Shown piece by piece: positions 58,448-64,000 of a stretch of DNA of 64,000 nt. The DNA is taken from the NCBI GenBank assembly GCA_964614665.1, contig CAZTLZ010000001.1, forward strand, positions 563-64,562. Reading direction: 5' to 3'. Made by a program: the position numbers and the translations under genes. Source of the DNA: an uncultured Maribacter sp. GTDB lineage: Bacteria > Bacteroidota > Bacteroidia > Flavobacteriales > Flavobacteriaceae. How positions within the stretch are numbered: position 1 is the stretch's first letter; the number at the start of each line of letters is the position of its first letter. The notes beneath the pieces were generated by a model. That model was given only the letters and a program-made list of their open reading frames with translations, did no database searches and was not told the origin of the DNA.

Positions 58448-59989
58448 ATGAAAGACCACTACGACATTGTAATCATTGGCAGCGGTATGGGTGGCCTGGT
58501 CGCGGCCAACATTCTGGCACGTGAAGGTCGTAGCGTTTGTGTGCTTGAAAAGAACAATCAATTCGGCGGCAACCTTCAAACTTTCGTGCGTGAACGTACC
58601 ATTTTCGATACGGGAGTACATTATATTGGCGGACTTTCAAAAGGACAAAACCTTTATCGATACTTTGAATATCTGGATATCTTAGACGGATTGGAATTCA
58701 AACAATTGAATCAAGATGGATTCGATATCATCACATTCGATAATGACAAACTAGAATACCCTCATGCTCAGGGCTATGAGAACTTCACCAAACAACTTGT
58801 CAAAAGATTTCCCGAAGAAGGGGATGCCATTAAAACCTATTGCTCTAAACTACAGGAAATCTGTCAAAAATTTCCGCTTTATAATCTACAGGAGGGTAAA
58901 CCCTATGGCAACGATGCTGAAATTTTTCAACAATCCGCCAAAGATTATATCGATTCCATAACAACCAATGAAAAGCTACGTGCTGTTTTGGCGGGCTCGA
59001 ATCTGTTGTATGCTGGTGATCCAGGCAAAACCCCGGTTTATGTTCATGCATTATCCTGTAACTCTTATATTGAGAGTGCATACCGTTGTGCAGACGGCGG
59101 AAGTCAGATTACTAAACGACTCATCCGAAGATTGAAGGAGCATAATGGTGATGTATTCAAGCATCAAGAGGTGGTCGATATGGAATGTATTGATAAAAAA
59201 ATTAAGTCGGTTAAAACAAGCAAAGGGGATATCATATCTGGGGATGTATTCATTTCAAATATCGAACCAAAACACACTTTGAAAATGGTGGGTGAAGAAC
59301 ATTTTCGAAAATCATACAATACTAGAATCAATAACTTAGAGAATACCATTTCGGCCTTTAGCATTCATATTGTACTCAAACCCAAAACGTTCAAATACCT
59401 CAACAAAAACTATTACCATTTCAAGGATTATCAAAAAGTCTGGAGCGCCCATGAATATAGTCAAGAGAGTTGGCCCGAAACATATATGGTATCAATGGGT
59501 GCCCGCAAAAATCAAAATGAGTGGGGTGATCAATTAACCGCTATTACCTATATGCGGTATGAAGAAGTAGCTCAGTGGAAAGACACCTTTAATACTGTAG
59601 CCAATAAAAATGACCGAGGTCAGACCTACGAGCAGTTTAAAGTGGAAAAAGCCGAAACGTTCTTAAAAGAACTGGAAAAGAAGTTTCCGAATATTCGAGA
59701 ATGTGTTCAAAGCATTCATACTTCTACACCCCTATCCTATCGGGATTATATTGGTTGCAACCAAGGTTCTATGTACGGTTATGTCAAAGATGTAAATGAC
59801 CCGTTGAAAGCTTTTATTTCCGCAAGAACCAAAATTCCGAATCTCTATTTTACTGGGCAGAGTTTGAATATGCACGGAATTTTGGGGGTAACCATTAGCG
59901 GCGTGGTTACCTGTTCAGAAATATTGGGTGGTGAGTATCTCATCAATAAAATCAATCCTGAAAAAAAGAAACAAAAAGTAATTGTCTAA
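58448..59989 (+). CDS. FAD-dependent oxidoreductase, phytoene desaturase / retinol saturase family
   Basis: IGSGMGG, LEK..QFGG..FDTGVHY, STPLSYRDY, NLYFTGQ..HGILG. Confidence 0.88.
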   Translation: MKDHYDIVIIGSGMGGLVAANILAREGRSVCVLEKNNQFGGNLQTFVRERTIFDTGVHYIGGLSKGQNLYRYFEYLDILDGLEFKQLNQDGFDIITFDNDKLEYPHAQGYENFTKQLVKRFPEEGDAIKTYCSKLQEICQKFPLYNLQEGKPYGNDAEIFQQSAKDYIDSITTNEKLRAVLAGSNLLYAGDPGKTPVYVHALSCNSYIESAYRCADGGSQITKRLIRRLKEHNGDVFKHQEVVDMECIDKKIKSVKTSKGDIISGDVFISNIEPKHTLKMVGEEHFRKSYNTRINNLENTISAFSIHIVLKPKTFKYLNKNYYHFKDYQKVWSAHEYSQESWPETYMVSMGARKNQNEWGDQLTAITYMRYEEVAQWKDTFNTVANKNDRGQTYEQFKVEKAETFLKELEKKFPNIRECVQSIHTSTPLSYRDYIGCNQGSMYGYVKDVNDPLKAFISARTKIPNLYFTGQSLNMHGILGVTISGVVTCSEILGGEYLINKINPEKKKQKVIV

Positions 59990-59993
59990 TGTA

Positions 59994-60866
59994 ATGGGAC
60001 AGCTTAGAACTTCACCAGTAACACGGGTAGAGAATATCTCGAAAGAGGATTTTGTAGAACATTTTTACAAGCCACAAAAACCGGTTCTTATAGAGGGTAT
60101 GACAAGGCAATGGCCAGCCTATAAAAACTGGACACTGGACTATATTCAGAATCGGGCGGGAGAACAGATCGTACCATTATATAATAATGAGCCTGCAAAA
60201 GGCAGCGAGAGTGTGTATGCTCCAAAGAAAGAAATGAAGCTAGCCGATTATCTTGAAATTCTAAAGACACAACCTACAGATCTCAGAATTTTCTTCTATG
60301 AGATTTTAAAAAAGATGCCCGAACTCATCGATGATTTTGAGTATCCGGATATCGGATTGAAGTTTTTTAAAAAATTACCTGCTTTATTCTTTGGTGGCGG
60401 AAAGTCTAAAGTATTCATGCATTATGATATAGACTTACCAGATAGTTTGCATTTTCATTTTGACGGCCATAAAAGTGTTACCCTATTTTCTCCCGAGCAA
60501 ACCAAATATTTATACCGTGTGCCCTACTCCATTCACAATTTAGAATCGATAGATATGGATAATCCTGATTTTGAAAAATATCCTGCTCTGCAATATGCCG
60601 AAGGTATTCAAGCAGATATGAAACATGGTGACGCCCTTTACATGCCTAGCGGCTATTGGCATTATATCAAATATCTAGACGGAGGATTCTCAATGACCCT
60701 AAGAGCATTGCCCAGAAATCCCAAGCGTTTTCTACATATGCTTTCAAATGTACTTATCATGCGTAATTTCGATAATTTTACACGAAAGTATTGGGGTCAA
60801 AAATGGCTCGATTATAAAGATGAGCTCGCCATAAAACGAACCGAACGGAATCTAAAGCATGTTTAA
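59994..60866 (+). CDS. JmjC / cupin-like 8 Fe(II)-2-oxoglutarate dioxygenase
   Basis: F...KPQKPVLI, LFFGG..S..FMHYD (HxD), GDALYMPSGYWH (distal His). Confidence 0.88.
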   Translation: MGQLRTSPVTRVENISKEDFVEHFYKPQKPVLIEGMTRQWPAYKNWTLDYIQNRAGEQIVPLYNNEPAKGSESVYAPKKEMKLADYLEILKTQPTDLRIFFYEILKKMPELIDDFEYPDIGLKFFKKLPALFFGGGKSKVFMHYDIDLPDSLHFHFDGHKSVTLFSPEQTKYLYRVPYSIHNLESIDMDNPDFEKYPALQYAEGIQADMKHGDALYMPSGYWHYIKYLDGGFSMTLRALPRNPKRFLHMLSNVLIMRNFDNFTRKYWGQKWLDYKDELAIKRTERNLKHV

Positions 60867-62517
60867 ACTCATAGTCCCAGTCCTTACCCTTTTAGTCTTG
60901 AGTTCCTGTGGAATTTCAAAAGGTTTGGAAGACCGTCCTGATATTTCGAAATATGATACCACACTTCCGGAAAGAACAAAACTGTCGGACTCCACTTTTA
61001 CCATAGGTGACAATTTCTTGACTAAGAACAAACATGGTCTTTGGGAAATGTATGTCAAGGGTAATCCGATGGAATTAGGTTTGAACCAAGGTGCTTTAAG
61101 TAAAGAACTCTTCAATCAACAAGAGGCTGTTTTTTTAAAAAAGATTGATGAATTGGTGCCGTCAAAGGGATATCAAAACATTCTACGAAAATTTTTGGCT
61201 TGGTTCAACCGCAAAGTGTATTTGCATATTGATGAACAATATAAGGCCGAGATTTACGGAATCTCGCAATATGCCTCACCCGATTACGATTACATCGCGG
61301 AGGAATATGCCCGTGTTCTTTATTTTCACGGAGCACATGATATTGGCCATGCCTTACAAGACTTGGCCTTGGTAGGTTGCTCTTCCTTTGCCTCTTGGGG
61401 TGAAAATACGAAAGATGGTAAACTACTGATTGGCCGCAATTTTGATTTCTACGCGGGTGATGACTTTGCAAAAAATAAGATCATAGCCTTTGTCGAACCC
61501 GAAGATGGGCACAAATTCATGTCCGTCACTTGGGGCGGAATGATCGGTGTGGTCTCTGGAATGAACGACCAAGGATTAACGGTAACTATTAATGCTGGAA
61601 AATCACAATTCCCATTAGTTGCCAAAACACCCGTTTCATTGGTGACGCGAGAAATATTACAATATGCTTCAACTATTGAAGAAGCCATTGCCATAGCCAA
61701 AAGGCGGGAAGTCTTTGTATCGGAATCTATTTTTGTGGGAAGTGCAAAGGATAAAAAAGCTGCGGTAATTGAGGTCTCGCCAAAAAACTTCGGTGTGTAT
61801 GAGGTTCCAAATTCCAGCAATCAATTGATTTGTTCCAATCACTTTCAGAGCGCGGCTTATGCAAATGACGAAAAGAACCAGCAACATATTCTGGAAAGCC
61901 ATTCCCAATATCGTTATGACCGAATGCAGGAATTGCTTGAGGAAACAGAAAAAATCACGCCTAAAAAAGTAGTCGATATTCTAAGAAATCGTGAGGGATT
62001 GGATGAAAAAGAAATTGGTTACGGCAACGAAAAAGCATTGAATCAAATGTTGGCACATCATGGAATTGTTTTTCAACCAGAAGATTTGTTGGTTTGGGTT
62101 TCCAGCAGCCCCTATCAAATGGGCGAATTCGTGGCCTATGATCTAAAAGAAGTCTTTTTGAGCCAAAATAGGGGTGCAACAGCAATGGTCAAATCAGCAT
62201 TGAATATTGAGAAAGACTCCTTTTTAAACACCGCAGCCTACCAAAATTATGAGCGGTATCGTTCACTGCGGAATAGAATCGAAGATGCGATTGCCAAAGA
62301 AAAACATCTGGATCAACAGTTATTGTCAGAATTCATCAGCTTGAATCCCAATTTTTGGGAGGTACATTACCTGGTTGGAAAATACAATCTGGAAAAAGGG
62401 TATGACAGCGTAGCCCTAAATGCATTTCTTGCTGCGGAAACCAAAGAAATTACTACTTTGCCTGACCGAAAACAAGTAGAAAAACAAATCAAGAAATTGA
62501 GTAGAAGACTGAATTAA
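60859..62517 (+). CDS. Peptidase C45 / acyl-CoA:6-APA acyltransferase-like Ntn-hydrolase lipoprotein
   Basis: Lipobox LSSC; LVGCSSF autoprocessing Cys; GRNFDF, SGMNDQGL, CSNHF. Confidence 0.85.
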   Translation: MFKLIVPVLTLLVLSSCGISKGLEDRPDISKYDTTLPERTKLSDSTFTIGDNFLTKNKHGLWEMYVKGNPMELGLNQGALSKELFNQQEAVFLKKIDELVPSKGYQNILRKFLAWFNRKVYLHIDEQYKAEIYGISQYASPDYDYIAEEYARVLYFHGAHDIGHALQDLALVGCSSFASWGENTKDGKLLIGRNFDFYAGDDFAKNKIIAFVEPEDGHKFMSVTWGGMIGVVSGMNDQGLTVTINAGKSQFPLVAKTPVSLVTREILQYASTIEEAIAIAKRREVFVSESIFVGSAKDKKAAVIEVSPKNFGVYEVPNSSNQLICSNHFQSAAYANDEKNQQHILESHSQYRYDRMQELLEETEKITPKKVVDILRNREGLDEKEIGYGNEKALNQMLAHHGIVFQPEDLLVWVSSSPYQMGEFVAYDLKEVFLSQNRGATAMVKSALNIEKDSFLNTAAYQNYERYRSLRNRIEDAIAKEKHLDQQLLSEFISLNPNFWEVHYLVGKYNLEKGYDSVALNAFLAAETKEITTLPDRKQVEKQIKKLSRRLN

Positions 62518-63806
62518 TGATTCCAGAAATTGAGAAAGCAACATCCCAAGAAATCAAAACTTTTCAAGAAGGCAGACTGAAAGAGCTTATCAGTTATGTG
62601 AACGAAAAATCTCCCTATTATCGACGCGTTTTTCGAAACTACAAAATCAGTCCGTCGGATATCAATTCTTTAGAAGACCTGGCTAAACTTCCCGTTACCA
62701 CCAAGGAACAATTACAGCGTCATAATGAGGACTTCTTTTGTGTGCAAAAATCGAAAATTATTGATTATGTCACTACCTCCGGTACTTTAGGTGAACCAGT
62801 AACCGTCGGATTAACCGATAAGGATTTAGAGCGTTTGGCATACAACGAGGCCATCTCTTTTGCATGTGCAGGTATAAAAGAAGATGATATTCTGCAACTC
62901 ACTACAACTATGGATCGCCGATTCATGGCAGGACTGGCCTATTTCTTAGGTGTTCGAAAATTAGGTGCGGGAATCATTCGGGTAGGTGCAGGAATACCTG
63001 AATTGCAGTGGGACAGTATTTCAAAATTCAAACCTTCATACCTCATCGTAGTCCCTTCTTTTTTATTGAAGCTTATTCAATATGCCGAAGCTCACGATAT
63101 TGATGTAAACGCCTCAGGAATCAGGGGAGCCATCTGTATAGGCGAATCACTGCGTAACCAAGACTTTTCACTGAATGTACTGGCCGAAAAAATCAAGGCG
63201 AAATGGGATATTGAATTGTTTTCGACCTATGCATCCACAGAAATGAGTACGGCATTTACGGAATGCTCAGAGCGACAAGGCGGACATCAACATCCCGAAT
63301 TAATAATTACCGAAATTTTGGATGAGAACGATCAACCCGTTTCCGAAGGTAAAGAAGGTGAGTTGGTGATTACTACTTTGGGGGTTGAGGCAATGCCATT
63401 AATTCGATTCAAAACAGGCGATATTGTAGTGGCCCATAATACCTCTTGCAACTGTGGAAGAAACACGACACGTTTAGGTCCTGTTGTCGGTCGTAAACAA
63501 CAAATGATCAAGTATAAGGGTACTACATTGTACCCCCCGGCTATGCATAATGCACTCAATGACTTTCCTGAAGTTTCGCGCTTCGTTATTGAAATTTCAC
63601 ATAATGACATCGGTACAGATGAAATACTGATTAAAATCGATTCTAAAAATCCAACGGATGGGCTACTCCATAAAATCAAGGATCATTTCAGGTCTAAACT
63701 GAGAGTGACGCCCAGTATTGAATTTTGCCCCAGTAGCGAAATTCAAAAATTACAAGCCTCGAAACTAGGTCGAAAACCTATTACGGTTATTGATTTGAGA
63801 GGATGA
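62517..63806 (+). CDS. Phenylacetate-CoA-ligase-family AMP-binding enzyme (probable 4-coumarate-CoA ligase of the cluster)
   Basis: TTSGTLG, YASTEM, P.IRFKTGD, GR..QMIK.KG..LYP. Confidence 0.88.
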   Translation: MIPEIEKATSQEIKTFQEGRLKELISYVNEKSPYYRRVFRNYKISPSDINSLEDLAKLPVTTKEQLQRHNEDFFCVQKSKIIDYVTTSGTLGEPVTVGLTDKDLERLAYNEAISFACAGIKEDDILQLTTTMDRRFMAGLAYFLGVRKLGAGIIRVGAGIPELQWDSISKFKPSYLIVVPSFLLKLIQYAEAHDIDVNASGIRGAICIGESLRNQDFSLNVLAEKIKAKWDIELFSTYASTEMSTAFTECSERQGGHQHPELIITEILDENDQPVSEGKEGELVITTLGVEAMPLIRFKTGDIVVAHNTSCNCGRNTTRLGPVVGRKQQMIKYKGTTLYPPAMHNALNDFPEVSRFVIEISHNDIGTDEILIKIDSKNPTDGLLHKIKDHFRSKLRVTPSIEFCPSSEIQKLQASKLGRKPITVIDLRG

Positions 63807-63834
63807 TGACCGCATGTCTTTGTGAACGGCTAAT

Positions 63835-63858
63835 GTCAGTCTGATCGCAGTCGAAGAC
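63835..63858 (+). repeat. REP-like short palindrome, copy C (intergenic, between convergent genes)
   Basis: GTCAGTCTGATCGCAGTCGAAGAC; GTCT/AGAC stem, core similar to the metG copies. Confidence 0.65.
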
Positions 63859-63860
63859 GC

Positions 63861-63998
63861 TTAATCGTCAGAATTAGGTTTGTATTTATAATGGGTACAA
63901 TTTCTGCATTCCGCCAGTTCTTGAATAGTAATGAAATCATCATTGATAAGGGCAATCTTTTTCGCTCTGCTCGAACCCTTTATTTGCTTCTCGAACAG
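63861..63998 (-). CDS. Hypothetical protein, 3' end only (truncated by window edge)
   Basis: Open minus frame LFEKQIKGSSRAKKIALINDDFITIQELAECRNCTHYKYKPNSDD*. Confidence 0.5.
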   Translation of the reverse strand: MFEKQIKGSSRAKKIALINDDFITIQELAECRNCTHYKYKPNSDD

Positions 63999-64000
63999 AA

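Larger units (their letters stand above)
31163..63806. other. Flexirubin-type (aryl polyene plus dialkylresorcinol) biosynthetic gene cluster
   Basis: TAL, CoA ligase, KS/CLF/ACP/KR/DH and darA/darB in one mostly overlapping operon; order matches the F. johnsoniae cluster as recalled. Confidence 0.93.

Noticed and set aside
58448-59989. Carotenoid pathway crtI
   Set aside because: No other crt genes in the window; embedded in the aryl polyene operon.
1-64000. Remaining short overlapping ORFs in the track; tRNA/rRNA, IS or prophage genes
   Set aside because: The short ORFs are antisense or alternate-frame shadows without motifs; no tRNA, rRNA, transposase, integrase or phage signatures were recognised by eye.

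Overview
Bacteroidota DNA, most likely a marine Flavobacteriaceae chromosome (inferred from the gene set, a T9SS C-terminal domain and TAnnTTTG promoter boxes). The left half (1-31.2 kb) is mixed. It holds a small arsenic-type operon (arsR, DUF6428-like, unknown membrane protein, Pat/ArsN1-like GNAT) ending in a decayed arsC. It also holds an OlsF-like acyltransferase, lysC, fbp, the Lhr-type helicase/PdeM pair, mfd, two serine hydrolases, a DUF1800/DUF1501 pair and metG. The right half (31.2-63.8 kb) is an apparently complete flexirubin-type cluster (aryl polyene plus dialkylresorcinol): TAL, darA/darB, KS/CLF/ACP, dehydratases, transport and lipid-anchoring genes, a CoA ligase and a divergent halogenase-like gene. 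Least-explained signals: (i) three consecutive ars-operon proteins all ending in Cys-Cys; (ii) a DUF1501 protein with both a twin-arginine motif and a T9SS tail; (iii) a short REP-like palindrome present twice in-frame inside metG and once intergenically; (iv) a translationally coupled JmjC dioxygenase inside the pigment cluster; (v) two unannotated pseudogenes. No tRNA, rRNA, CRISPR array or transposase was seen. All family calls come from motif recognition by eye, not from database searches.
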